Positions 14,953-24,557 of a stretch of DNA of 24,646 nucleotides are shown here, one piece after another. The notes beneath the pieces were generated by a model. The model saw nothing but the letters and a program-made list of their open reading frames with translations, was not told the origin of the DNA and did no database searches. The stretch spans positions 1 to 24,646 of the IMG/VR virus record IMGVR_UViG_3300021197_000899. One strand, written 5' to 3'. The position numbers and the translations under genes are program-made. Numbering within the stretch: the stretch's first letter is position 1; every line of letters begins with the position of its first letter. This DNA is from a virus (taxonomy: Duplodnaviria; Caudoviricetes).

Positions 14953-15732
14953 ATGATAAAAATAAAACGAAGAATTAACCATAAAACTGCTGAATACTCT
15001 ATATATACAAAAGAGGAAGCAGATAATAAAAAAATAAATTATTTATACTGGAAAGACTGCGATACTGGAGATTGGGGTCTTACAGATGATAATTATGTTA
15101 GTAAGTGTGTCTCTAAAAAAGACTATACAGATAAAAATGGGAATATACGAACATTTATTAAGTTAACATGTGGTGTAGGGTGGGGAAGTTCTTTCTCTAC
15201 AATAAAATTTGAATTAAATCACGCATATGAGTGCTATTCTAAAACAAATCCAGCTAAGGATTGGAAAGAACAAGAAATAAACACTACAAGAGCAAAGAAT
15301 ACTGTAGGGGCATACGCAAATATGTTATTATCTGGGGATAAGGTAGATTTTGATAAACTAGGCAACATATATAGACCTGACCAAGAAATACCTGCAGCAA
15401 CTGTTCGTAGATTTTTAAAACAAAAGGTTACAAAGAATATGGTAGAAGAAAAATTAAAAGAGTTATTGTCTAAAAAAAGCGTTAACAAAGAGTTTGCAGT
15501 AGATAACCTACTAAGAGCATTACATATGGCAGAAGGTAAGGGCGATGTAAATAATTTTTTAAAAGCAAATGATTCAATAATGGATTTACTAGAAATGAAA
15601 CCTAGTAAAAAAGTATTAACAGATACAGTACAGATAGATGTTACAAAACAAATAGCTGATACTATAGCAATGGAGGAGAACAAGTTAACATTACAAAGAA
15701 AAGAGGAAACAAATGAACGACCTGACTCCTGA
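14953..15732 (+). CDS. Candidate terminase small subunit with extra N-terminal domain
   Basis: Upstream of TerL; C-terminal half has a TerS-like helical pattern (VRRFLKQK..VEEKLKELL..AEGKGD..LKA..IMDLLEM). Confidence 0.5.
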   Translation: MIKIKRRINHKTAEYSIYTKEEADNKKINYLYWKDCDTGDWGLTDDNYVSKCVSKKDYTDKNGNIRTFIKLTCGVGWGSSFSTIKFELNHAYECYSKTNPAKDWKEQEINTTRAKNTVGAYANMLLSGDKVDFDKLGNIYRPDQEIPAATVRRFLKQKVTKNMVEEKLKELLSKKSVNKEFAVDNLLRALHMAEGKGDVNNFLKANDSIMDLLEMKPSKKVLTDTVQIDVTKQIADTIAMEENKLTLQRKEETNERPDS

Positions 15733-15913
15733 TGAAGAATACGAGCATGTTAATGCTAATATTATGGAAGACCAACTAGAAGTATCTATTAGAGCATTAC
15801 ACGTTATAGCAGCTATGCCTACTAGTGACCCTGACTTTCTTTCTTCCGTAGCACTTGATGCTTTAAAAGAAATGGAAACCTATGGAATGCTATGGAGTGA
15901 CGATATTTATTAA
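15713..15913 (+). CDS. Small acidic hypothetical protein
   Basis: 66 aa; GAGGA RBS. Confidence 0.7.
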   Translation: MNDLTPDEEYEHVNANIMEDQLEVSIRALHVIAAMPTSDPDFLSSVALDALKEMETYGMLWSDDIY

Positions 15914-16074
15914 TGTTTGCGTATTGTCCCATTATAGATAGAACTTGTGCATTTGCTACAGACTGTGGTAATCATAAGCATTGTGGTATAAAAACTGGGT
16001 ATTATGAAGAAACAATGATACGTAGTCTTACATCATGCCCTAAACCTAAAAAGAAAAAACGTGGCAGAAGATAA
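15913..16074 (+). CDS. Small Cys-rich protein with basic tail (53 aa, not in ORF track)
   Basis: MFAYCPIIDRTCAFATDCGNHKHCGIKTGYYEETMIRSLTSCPKPKKKKRGRR; TAATG coupling; overlaps the TerL start. Confidence 0.65.
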   Translation: MFAYCPIIDRTCAFATDCGNHKHCGIKTGYYEETMIRSLTSCPKPKKKKRGRR

Positions 16075-17533
16075 TAAACTAGTTATAAATAAATTAAAGA
16101 AGAGTATGATAATGTTTGGTAAAATTATAATGCCAAGTATGTTTACTGTACCTTCACCAGATTTTCATTATAAGATTGCTGATGCTTTACTTGATAATGC
16201 CTCCAAGCAAGTAAACATCATTGCCCCTCGTGGTCATGCTAAATCCTCCATTGTGGGTGGTGTGTACCCTTTATACCACCTTATGCATCACGAGGGGAAT
16301 AAATTAATAGTCTTAGTATCTAGAACACAAGACCATGCTATAAAATTATTAGGTACAATTAAAGATACACTTGATTATAGTGAAACGTTTAGAGCTATAT
16401 ATGGATATTGGGGGCAACATAGTGCAAAACAATGGGCTAAATCAGAGATAGAGTTAAAAGATGGCTCTATGATAATATGTAAAGGTACAGGTCAACAGCT
16501 TAGAGGTATTAAAGTAGGCAGTCAAAGACCTACATTAATTATTGTAGATGACCCAGAAGATGAAAATAATACTAAAACTGCTGAAGCTATGGAGCAAAAC
16601 CTTAGATGGTTATTGCAATCAGCAGTTCCTTCACTAGACCCTAAGAAAGGCAAAATAATTGTTATTGGCACACCGCAGCACCAACGCTGCTTAGTAGAAG
16701 TACTAAAAGAAATGAAAGGTTGGAACAATATGCACTTTAGTCCAGACATGGATAAAGAGATAGCACTGTGGGAAGAATGGCAACCTATAAAAAAATTAAA
16801 ACAAAAAAAAGAAGAGTTAGAGTCTATAGCAAGAGTAAGTGTTTTTTATAGAGAGTATCTATGTCAGATAGTTGGAGATGAAGACCAGCTGTTTAAAGAA
16901 GACTATATACAATACCATGATTACGAACTAGAAATAGATGAAGATAATCAACATTATTTAAATACTGGTACTGATAAAATACCAGTAAACGTCTTTATGG
17001 GGGTTGACCCTGCATCCTCAATACGCAAAACAGCTGACTATAGTGTTATTATGCCTGTAGCAGTTGATAATAATAATAATCGGTATATTCTAGAATATTA
17101 TCGCAAAAGAGCAACCCCTATGAATTTAGCAGAAAGCATTATAGAGTATTTTAAACTATACAAACCTGTAAAAGTACGTATTGAGTCTGTAGGCTATCAA
17201 GAAATGTTACGAGAGTATTTAAGACAAAGAACAGAGGAAGAAAAATTATTTATTAGTGGATTAGAAATAAAAGAATCGCCACGAACTAGTAAGTCATCAA
17301 GACTTGAAACAATGGAGCCATACTTTGCACAAAAAAAAGTATATATTAAAAAAAGTCAATTATCTTTAAAAGATGAATTATTATTGTACCCTAGAGGTAA
17401 GCATGATGATTTATTAGATGGTTTGTATTACGCTATGAAAAAATGTTATACACCAAATCATGTAGTAGAAAATAAGAGCAATCAATCCAACAACAGAACT
17501 ACTGCAAAAAAGTATGATTGGAAAACATCTTAA
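16061..17533 (+). CDS. terL: Terminase large subunit
   Basis: Walker A APRGHAKS, Walker B IIVDDPE, VIGTP coupling motif, nuclease GVDPA and HDDLLD. Confidence 0.95.
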   Translation: MAEDNKLVINKLKKSMIMFGKIIMPSMFTVPSPDFHYKIADALLDNASKQVNIIAPRGHAKSSIVGGVYPLYHLMHHEGNKLIVLVSRTQDHAIKLLGTIKDTLDYSETFRAIYGYWGQHSAKQWAKSEIELKDGSMIICKGTGQQLRGIKVGSQRPTLIIVDDPEDENNTKTAEAMEQNLRWLLQSAVPSLDPKKGKIIVIGTPQHQRCLVEVLKEMKGWNNMHFSPDMDKEIALWEEWQPIKKLKQKKEELESIARVSVFYREYLCQIVGDEDQLFKEDYIQYHDYELEIDEDNQHYLNTGTDKIPVNVFMGVDPASSIRKTADYSVIMPVAVDNNNNRYILEYYRKRATPMNLAESIIEYFKLYKPVKVRIESVGYQEMLREYLRQRTEEEKLFISGLEIKESPRTSKSSRLETMEPYFAQKKVYIKKSQLSLKDELLLYPRGKHDDLLDGLYYAMKKCYTPNHVVENKSNQSNNRTTAKKYDWKTS

Positions 17534-17535
17534 TT

Positions 17536-17563
17536 TGGAACTTTTTACTTAACTTTATAGTTT
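17536..17563 (+). promoter_or_regulatory. Candidate late promoter GGAAC-N18-GTTT
   Basis: tggaactttttacttaactttatagttt, upstream of the portal gene. Confidence 0.45.
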
Positions 17564-17587
17564 AACTCATTAACAAACTCTTTATAC

Positions 17588-19816
17588 ATGCATAACAACT
17601 CTAATTTTAAAGACCCAGAAGTACAATTTACCCACGACCTTTTAAGCCAATACAGTTCTTCTAGAGAAAACTGGGCAAAACAAGCTGTCGAGGATAATGA
17701 GTTTCGTAATGGTAAACAATGGACAAAGGAACAGTCTGATGCTTTACGTAATAAAGCTCAAGAACCAATTGTAGTAAATGTAATTTTTTCAGCAGTAGAA
17801 CAAGCAAAAGCATTGCTTACTGCTAATAAGCCACGATTTCAGTCTACTGCCAGAGAGACTAGCGATACAGAAGTTGGTCGTATTTTTTCTGATTTAATGT
17901 CCTACGTCTGGGATAATTCCAATGGCAACGTAGAACTTAAACAAGCTATTGATGACTACTATGTTAAGGGCATGGGAGTTATGATGGCATATACAGACCC
18001 AGATAAAGACTTTGGTCGTGGTGAAGTTTGTCTTAAATCACTAGACCCACTCGAAGTTTATTTTGACCCTAGCAGTAAAGACCCTTTTTGCAGAGACTCT
18101 GGGCATATCTTAGTAGCAAAATTAATGAGTGAAAATCAATTAATTCAATTTTATCCAGAGTACGAAGAGCAAATAAAAAATTCTCAAGAAACTAGCCATA
18201 TAAATATTACTTCAGAAAGCAGACATAGTTTAAAATCAGAAGACGTTACTTTAAAAAGTAGAATTGCTGGAGAAGAATTATCAGGAGATAGAGAGCTAGA
18301 GATGTTTACAAGGTATACAAAAATACGTATGCCTTATTATAAAATATACGACCCTTATTCAAATGAAGAAAAAGTATTAAATGAGGAAGAGTATAAAGAT
18401 TATCAAAATGAACAGATAGTTATTTTAACTAACTCTAATGGTGAGCAACAAATATTTACAGATGAAAAAGAAGTACGAGGTTATGTTCAACTACATGATA
18501 GTGTAGGAGATACATTTCATTTAATGCAAGACCCTGCGTCAGGACAAACAGTTCCTATGGCAGGAGAAGAGCATCAAGGTTCTATTCCAAACTCTACAAG
18601 CCATATAGATATTGCTAGTAAGATGCATTTAATAGGAGAAGAAAAAATATTAGTTAATCAAATTGAAATAACAAATATTAAACAATGTGTTTCTGTAGGT
18701 GATGTAATGTTATATCAATCAATACTGCCTATAGAAGAGTATCCTATAGTACCAATTATGAATGGGTTTAATCGTAACCCTTATCCAATGTCAGATGTTA
18801 GACTTGTAAAAGGATTGCAAGAATACATTAATAAAATACGCTCATTAATAATTGCACACGCATCTAGTAGTACAAACGTAAAATTATTAATTCCTCGTGG
18901 TGCAGTAAACAAGCAGCAAGTAGAACAAGATTGGGGTAGGGCTGGAACAGCGGTTATAGAGTTTGACCCAGAGTTAGGCAGTCCTGTAGTAGCATCCCCA
19001 ATTCCTTTGCCAAATGAGTTATATAAAAATGAGGCAGATGCTAAAGCTGATATTGAAAAAATACTTGGTATATACGCTTTAATGCAGGGCGATATGAGTG
19101 CTGCACCACAAACTTTTAAAGGAACTGTAGCCTTAGATGAATACGGTCAAAGAAGAATTAAATCTAAAAGAGATGATATAGAAGAAGGATTAAATCAATT
19201 AGGTAAAGTAGTACTAGGTTTAATTCAGTATGTATATACAGACCAAAAAGTTTTAAGACTAATGCAACCAAACAATAAACCTAAAGAGGTTGTAGTAAAT
19301 AGTCCGTTGTATGATGATATAGGTAATGTAGTAGGTAAGTTAAATGATATTACTGTAGGCAAGTATGATATTATTGTAGCATCTGGTTCAACACTACCTA
19401 GTAATCGTTGGGCAAGGTTTGAGTACTACATGCAATTATATCAAGCTGGTTTAATTGACCAAATAGAATTGTTAAAACAAACTGATGTTGCAGACATGGA
19501 AGGTGTTCTTGAAAGAAATGGACAAATGCAACAGATGCAACAACAAGTACAGTCACAATCTGAAGAAATTAAAAAGCTTAAAGGTGATTTGCAAACTGCA
19601 CAAAGAGAATCATTACATGATAGAAAGCGTGTAGAAGTAAAAGAATTTGAAAAGAAACTTGCTAAAGCAGAAGCTAAAATAGAAATGGCACAACAATTAT
19701 ATAAAGCTAGATTAGGTGATGAACTTAAATTAGCCAGAAATGATTTATCAGATGCAAGTGAATCTAATCCACAGCGTAATATGAATGAACGCATATTAAG
19801 TTTAGATGAAACATAA
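17588..19816 (+). CDS. Portal protein (P22-like, with C-terminal coiled-coil barrel)
   Basis: Follows TerL; EFRNGKQW, YFDPS, YPIVP, LQEYINKIRS and GKYDI motifs; Q-rich coiled-coil tail. Confidence 0.9.
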   Translation: MHNNSNFKDPEVQFTHDLLSQYSSSRENWAKQAVEDNEFRNGKQWTKEQSDALRNKAQEPIVVNVIFSAVEQAKALLTANKPRFQSTARETSDTEVGRIFSDLMSYVWDNSNGNVELKQAIDDYYVKGMGVMMAYTDPDKDFGRGEVCLKSLDPLEVYFDPSSKDPFCRDSGHILVAKLMSENQLIQFYPEYEEQIKNSQETSHINITSESRHSLKSEDVTLKSRIAGEELSGDRELEMFTRYTKIRMPYYKIYDPYSNEEKVLNEEEYKDYQNEQIVILTNSNGEQQIFTDEKEVRGYVQLHDSVGDTFHLMQDPASGQTVPMAGEEHQGSIPNSTSHIDIASKMHLIGEEKILVNQIEITNIKQCVSVGDVMLYQSILPIEEYPIVPIMNGFNRNPYPMSDVRLVKGLQEYINKIRSLIIAHASSSTNVKLLIPRGAVNKQQVEQDWGRAGTAVIEFDPELGSPVVASPIPLPNELYKNEADAKADIEKILGIYALMQGDMSAAPQTFKGTVALDEYGQRRIKSKRDDIEEGLNQLGKVVLGLIQYVYTDQKVLRLMQPNNKPKEVVVNSPLYDDIGNVVGKLNDITVGKYDIIVASGSTLPSNRWARFEYYMQLYQAGLIDQIELLKQTDVADMEGVLERNGQMQQMQQQVQSQSEEIKKLKGDLQTAQRESLHDRKRVEVKEFEKKLAKAEAKIEMAQQLYKARLGDELKLARNDLSDASESNPQRNMNERILSLDET

Positions 19817-19870
19817 AGAATTGAGGAAGCGGTTGCTGGAATTAACCAAATCGCAAAAAAGGAAAAGAAT

Positions 19871-20773
19871 ATGGAAAATTTGGAAGTAGTTGATGCTGGT
19901 ACTGCACCCGCAGGTAACGTAGAAATGTTTCAAGGAGAGCTGTCTGGAGAGGCACCTCAAGTTGAATCAGTTCCTAACGTTGACCTAAACCCTGTTACAG
20001 GGCAAGAGATTGCAGAACCAATTAGCCAAACCACAGAAAACAGTGTTGACCAAAAGGAAGACACTAATAGGTATGAGTACTGGCAGTCACAGGCTGATAA
20101 AGCCAAGAGTGAGTTGTCTGGGCTTAGAGAAGAACTGGAGTATTATAAAAATGGTCTACAACCTGTAGAGCAAATGATACGTCAAAATCCAGAGGTTCTC
20201 CAAAGTTTAGAAACCAAGCTCTCCAACGGACAACCTGTAGGACAAACCCAAATGGGAGTTCAGCAGTCTTCGTTGAAGGAGCCAACAGAACCTGAAAAAC
20301 CAGTTAATTACAATGAAGTCGATGCTTATAACGACCCAGAATCAAAGTCGTTTCAGTATCGAATGGCTAAAGAAAGCTATAGAGATGACTATCTTGGTTA
20401 TCTAAAAAGTGTTGATTCACAGCGTCAGTCTGATATGCAAGCAGCGTATCAAAGACAAGCTGCTGCTCAACAAGAAGAGTCTATGAGGCAACAAGCATAT
20501 AGTCATGCTGTTAATTCATATGGCTGGGATAATCAAAAAGCAGGTCAGTTCATTCAATGGGCTTCTGCTCCTGATAATCTCTCTATGGATAATTTAGCTA
20601 AGTTATTTGAATTAAGAACAAATGCGAACCCAGTAGTGCAACAAAAAACACAAGAAATGCAAAATCAAGCTCAAAGGTTATCGGTACCTAAAGACCCTTC
20701 TGTAATTACAGGAAAGTCTGAACAGCCAAGAACTGAAGAGCAGTCATTTAGTGATGCATTACTAGGACGCTAA
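19871..20773 (+). CDS. Capsid scaffolding protein
   Basis: Between portal and capsid; acidic disordered N-terminus, YWQSQADK coiled coil, Q/E-rich. Confidence 0.75.
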   Translation: MENLEVVDAGTAPAGNVEMFQGELSGEAPQVESVPNVDLNPVTGQEIAEPISQTTENSVDQKEDTNRYEYWQSQADKAKSELSGLREELEYYKNGLQPVEQMIRQNPEVLQSLETKLSNGQPVGQTQMGVQQSSLKEPTEPEKPVNYNEVDAYNDPESKSFQYRMAKESYRDDYLGYLKSVDSQRQSDMQAAYQRQAAAQQEESMRQQAYSHAVNSYGWDNQKAGQFIQWASAPDNLSMDNLAKLFELRTNANPVVQQKTQEMQNQAQRLSVPKDPSVITGKSEQPRTEEQSFSDALLGR

Positions 20774-20788
20774 TAAAAGGAGTCATAA

Positions 20789-22099
20789 ATGGCTGCAACA
20801 ACAAAAAACCTTGGTGCTAGTGGAGTTATCTTCGATGAAAGACGAGATTTTCATGTAGACCCACAAGTTACTAAGGAATTATGGACTGATGTTGCTCCTT
20901 TTACTACAATGGTTAGTAATCAGGAAATGCGTTCAGTACCAGACCCTATATTCAAAATGTTTGAACATAGGAACCCTTGGGTAAAACAAGAGTTTCAAGC
21001 TGCAGAAGGAGCTACATTAGACAATAATGATGCAGGAGATTCTTTAGAAGTTGATGGTATTTATAATCTATCATCTTCACCAGATTCTTCTTGGATTGGG
21101 TTAACTTGTGAAATATGGGATGTAACTAAAACAACTAACAGAGGTATTGCAATTATTACAGCTATACCAGAAGCTAATCACATTACTGTAAAAGCATTAA
21201 GTGCTATTTCAGTTTCTAATGATGATTATTTTTGTGTAGTTGGTAATGCACATGGTGAAGGTAGTTCTGCACCAGATGCTTGGGCTGATGAACTTTCAGT
21301 TGTTCACAATTCTACTCAGATTTTTAAAACTCCTTTACAAGTAACAGGTACGCTTCAAGCTGCTGTTTTAAAAGGTGAGTCATCTGAATTAGCAAGATTG
21401 CGCAGACAGAAAGCACAAGAACACAAAATGCAAAAAGAAAAAGCTTTCTTATTTGGTAAAAGAATGGGTGGTACAGATTTAGCTGATGCTAGAGACGGTG
21501 CTACTGGAGAATCTTTTACAGATAGTGGAAGGACAGATACAGCTGGAAATCTTATAAGAACTACTTATGGGATTGTAAGCGCCATAGAAAATTACGGTTC
21601 TTCAGATGCAACTAAAGATTATCAAAATATCTTTACTGTTTCTGAAGCAAGTTATTCTTATGGTAACTTTGTAGATGATATGGAAAAAGTATTTCAGTAT
21701 GTACCAGAAGCAGGTGTTAAGCGTGCTTTTGTAGGTGCTGGTGCTTTAGGATACTGGTCTAAAATGGCTGGTGATTCTGGATTATCTGGAAATTCTGGAT
21801 GGAGTGTTAACCTTGGTGACATGAAACGTGATTCATTAGGCTTTAACTATAGAGTACTTGAAACACCTCATGGCATGTTACAGTTAATTCCAACTCCAGC
21901 ATTGCGTAATCAGTATAATAAGTACATGGCTGTAGTCTCTGATGAGAATCTATTCCATGCACAGTACAGACCAGCAATGTATCAGGCTAATATTAAAACT
22001 GACAATGCCTTTGATGGCGTTAAAGACCAATATATGTCTGATGAAGGACTTGGTATACAGCTAATTGAGAGTCATTCTCTGTTTAAAATCACAGCGTAA
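20789..22099 (+). CDS. Major capsid protein (HK97 fold, DUF5309/SU10-like)
   Basis: Position and 436-aa size; NSTQIFKT..VTGT, EHKMQKEKAFLFG, RTTYGI and LETPHG motifs; AAGGAG RBS. Confidence 0.88.
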   Translation: MAATTKNLGASGVIFDERRDFHVDPQVTKELWTDVAPFTTMVSNQEMRSVPDPIFKMFEHRNPWVKQEFQAAEGATLDNNDAGDSLEVDGIYNLSSSPDSSWIGLTCEIWDVTKTTNRGIAIITAIPEANHITVKALSAISVSNDDYFCVVGNAHGEGSSAPDAWADELSVVHNSTQIFKTPLQVTGTLQAAVLKGESSELARLRRQKAQEHKMQKEKAFLFGKRMGGTDLADARDGATGESFTDSGRTDTAGNLIRTTYGIVSAIENYGSSDATKDYQNIFTVSEASYSYGNFVDDMEKVFQYVPEAGVKRAFVGAGALGYWSKMAGDSGLSGNSGWSVNLGDMKRDSLGFNYRVLETPHGMLQLIPTPALRNQYNKYMAVVSDENLFHAQYRPAMYQANIKTDNAFDGVKDQYMSDEGLGIQLIESHSLFKITA

Positions 22100-22110
22100 G
22101 GAGGCTAATT

Positions 22111-22503
22111 ATGGCTAGACCTTATTTAGGTGGTTCGAATGCAAGTGTAGAAACACTTACAGATAATAAAACTCTTGGCTCTGGTGATAGTGGGAAAATA
22201 TTTCTTATTGGAACTGATGCTAAAGTAGTGACTTTACCTGCAAGTGCTAAAGGTGTTGAATATACATTTGTTAACATTGGAGCAGATGGTAATAACATTA
22301 TTACTATTAGCCCTAATGCTAGTGATGCTATTCATGGGACAACTTGTGCTAGTACTAATGTTGTACTCGGTGGAGTAGATAACAAAGACCTCATAAATAC
22401 TAAAGCTACTGCAACAACTGGAGACAGTTGTAAACTAGTTGCTGATGGTAATGTTGGTTGGTACATGGTTAGTTGTACAGGTATTTGGGCAAGTGAAGCT
22501 TAA
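22111..22503 (+). CDS. Putative capsid decoration/minor head protein
   Basis: Directly after the capsid gene with AAGGAGG RBS; DSGKIF..VTLPA..GVEYTFV beta-rich pattern. Confidence 0.55.
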   Translation: MARPYLGGSNASVETLTDNKTLGSGDSGKIFLIGTDAKVVTLPASAKGVEYTFVNIGADGNNIITISPNASDAIHGTTCASTNVVLGGVDNKDLINTKATATTGDSCKLVADGNVGWYMVSCTGIWASEA

Positions 22504-22516
22504 ATACAATAACTAA

Positions 22517-22546
22517 AAGAGTGAGGGGCTTTATGCCCCTCCTCTT
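22517..22546 (+). terminator. Probable terminator/stem-loop after the capsid operon
   Basis: AAGAG-T-GAGGGGC-TTTAT-GCCCCTC-CTCTT; weak U tail. Confidence 0.55.
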
Positions 22547-22557
22547 ATGGAAAAATT

Positions 22558-22656
22558 ATGAAAAAAAAGAAAATAGTAAAAAAGAAAGCGGTCAAACCGA
22601 GTAAAAAAAAAGACCCAGTTATGGACGCTCTAAGAAAGCCTATTAAAATTTTATAA
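22558..22656 (+). CDS. Very basic 32-aa peptide (not in ORF track)
   Basis: MKKKKIVKKKAVKPSKKKDPVMDALRKPIKIL; weak RBS. Confidence 0.45.
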   Translation: MKKKKIVKKKAVKPSKKKDPVMDALRKPIKIL

Positions 22657-22734
22657 AAAAATGGTGGCCGCAAGAAACGTGGAGGTTCGTGAAACCATAG
22701 CCTATCAAGTGAGTCACCTAAACTTTAATTAAAT

Positions 22735-23859
22735 ATGTATCAAACATTTGCAACAAGAATAGTAGCGTTAGTAGGAGACGCAATTTCTGCTGATTCAATA
22801 GACCAAAACGCATTTACTGAATGGCTGACTGAAGAAGCTATGAATGCTATTGACATTATGAATCCAGAAATGCTTATATCAGCGTCTTCTACACATAGAT
22901 TTACAGAAGCAGAGCAATTTAATGATTGTGGAAAAAATGTAGATGGAAGTAGTGATATTGCAACTGACGTAGTTGTACTTCCATTAACTTCGGCTGGAAC
23001 ACTTATTCATTTAAAAGTTGGTTCTATTATTGCTAGTAAATCTGGTACTACTACATACCCAGAAAGAATGAAAGTTATTTCTATAAGTGGATTAAATATA
23101 GGAATAGAAAGAGGCGTTAATGGAACAACAGCTGATATTATAGCAGGTGGAAGAGATGTAGTTGTAGTTTTAGAAAAATCTTTTAATACTAGAAAATTTA
23201 AATTATTAGAAGTTAATCGAGATGGATATAGTGCTAAAATTGTTCCAAGCGGTTTAGTTCAACAATCTAATGACCCAAATTCAATTCATTTTGCTACAAA
23301 AAGAAGCCCTTCATATTTTATAAAAAGCGGAAATATACATATTAGGCCTTTAATAAATGGATATGAACAAGGTGAAATAATAGGATTGACTTATCCTGTA
23401 GTTAAATACAATATGAAATCAACTACTGACCTTCCTATTCAAGCTGAAGATTTTATTGTTACAGGTGCTGCAAGAAAATATTTAGTTAGGTCTATGTATG
23501 AAGAATTTTCTCAATTACCTGCAGGGATAACTAAACCTTCAATAGCTGGTACAGCAGAAGAACTTACTACTACGTTAAGTACAGGTAATACTAAAACAGA
23601 TTTTAGTGATTGGTTTGAAGTTGCAGGTGATATGATACAAACAGATGAAGATGTTGAACTAGCATCTGCTCAATTACAAAAAATTGGTACATATATACAG
23701 ACTCATCAAGAAGAATTATCTGCAAAAAACACAGTGTTCTCAAGTGCATTGCAACGAGCATCTACTAAATACAATTGGTTTATAGCACAGTATGATAAGC
23801 TTACTCAAATGTATAACGAAAAAGCACAGATACTTAGAGGAGTACAGCCACAAGCATGA
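22735..23859 (+). CDS. Virion structural protein, probable head-tail adaptor/neck with inserted beta domain
   Basis: Position after the head genes; PSYFIKSGNIHIRP and LPIQAEDFIVTGAA adaptor-like segments; ERGVNGTTA beta insert. Confidence 0.5.
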   Translation: MYQTFATRIVALVGDAISADSIDQNAFTEWLTEEAMNAIDIMNPEMLISASSTHRFTEAEQFNDCGKNVDGSSDIATDVVVLPLTSAGTLIHLKVGSIIASKSGTTTYPERMKVISISGLNIGIERGVNGTTADIIAGGRDVVVVLEKSFNTRKFKLLEVNRDGYSAKIVPSGLVQQSNDPNSIHFATKRSPSYFIKSGNIHIRPLINGYEQGEIIGLTYPVVKYNMKSTTDLPIQAEDFIVTGAARKYLVRSMYEEFSQLPAGITKPSIAGTAEELTTTLSTGNTKTDFSDWFEVAGDMIQTDEDVELASAQLQKIGTYIQTHQEELSAKNTVFSSALQRASTKYNWFIAQYDKLTQMYNEKAQILRGVQPQA

Positions 23860-24119
23860 CACAAGCACAAATGATTGAAATTATACGTATGCATCATCCA
23901 AATATGGGAGAAACTGAAGCAAGGCTATATTTAAATAAAGCATTAAAAGAATTTTGTAGAGAAACAGAAATATTATCAGGTACTACAACATTTAATACAG
24001 TTGTAGACACACGTTATTATAGTATTGATTCTAATGTTATTAAAATAAACAGAGTTGATATAAATGATTATGAAATAAGTAGATTATCAGGATTACCAGA
24101 GAAAACAGATGGCAGTTAA
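23856..24119 (+). CDS. Adaptor-like protein, N-terminal half
   Basis: YLNKALKEFCRETEIL...TRYYSI resembles the N-terminus of podovirus head-tail adaptors. Confidence 0.55.
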   Translation: MTQAQMIEIIRMHHPNMGETEARLYLNKALKEFCRETEILSGTTTFNTVVDTRYYSIDSNVIKINRVDINDYEISRLSGLPEKTDGS

Positions 24120-24501
24120 AACAGCAGCACAAAACCATGCGTGGTTTATAAAAGATAATAAAATAGGCATAGTAAAAACTTCTAGTACAACTAATACTAG
24201 CGTTACTTCTCCTTCTACTGTAGATATAGTAACATTGCATTTTACTAAACGAGATGAAGATTTTATTTCTAGCGATACAGGAACAGGTATTGGAATGGAA
24301 GAAAGTCCAGCAATACCAGCAGAGTTTCATGAAACATTAACACATTATGCAGTAGCAAGAGGTTATGAAAAAAAACCTGATATGATAAACAATGCTATAT
24401 ATTTTAGAAATTTATGGCAACAAGAATTAAATAAAGCAAAAAAAGAATCTGATATAAATAAAGATGGTACTTCTTATTTTATTAGAGGATATGATTTTTA
24501 A
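24109..24501 (+). CDS. Adaptor-like protein, C-terminal half
   Basis: PAIPAEFHETLTHYAVARGY resembles the C-terminus of the same adaptor class. Confidence 0.55.
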   Translation: MAVKTAAQNHAWFIKDNKIGIVKTSSTTNTSVTSPSTVDIVTLHFTKRDEDFISSDTGTGIGMEESPAIPAEFHETLTHYAVARGYEKKPDMINNAIYFRNLWQQELNKAKKESDINKDGTSYFIRGYDF

Positions 24502-24557
24502 CCAATATGACCATGAGATAAGTCACGCTCGGTAAGTCATAAGCAAGGAGAAACAAG

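Noticed and set aside
1055-24330. Antisense ORFs in the track (e.g. 1055-1237, 2404-2592, 4832-5055, 5251-5478, 8199-9600, 12595-12849, 13530-13721, 15234-15683, 16522-16749, 19441-19794, 24040-24330)
   Set aside because: They are shadow frames opposite well-supported genes, with no RBS and atypical composition.
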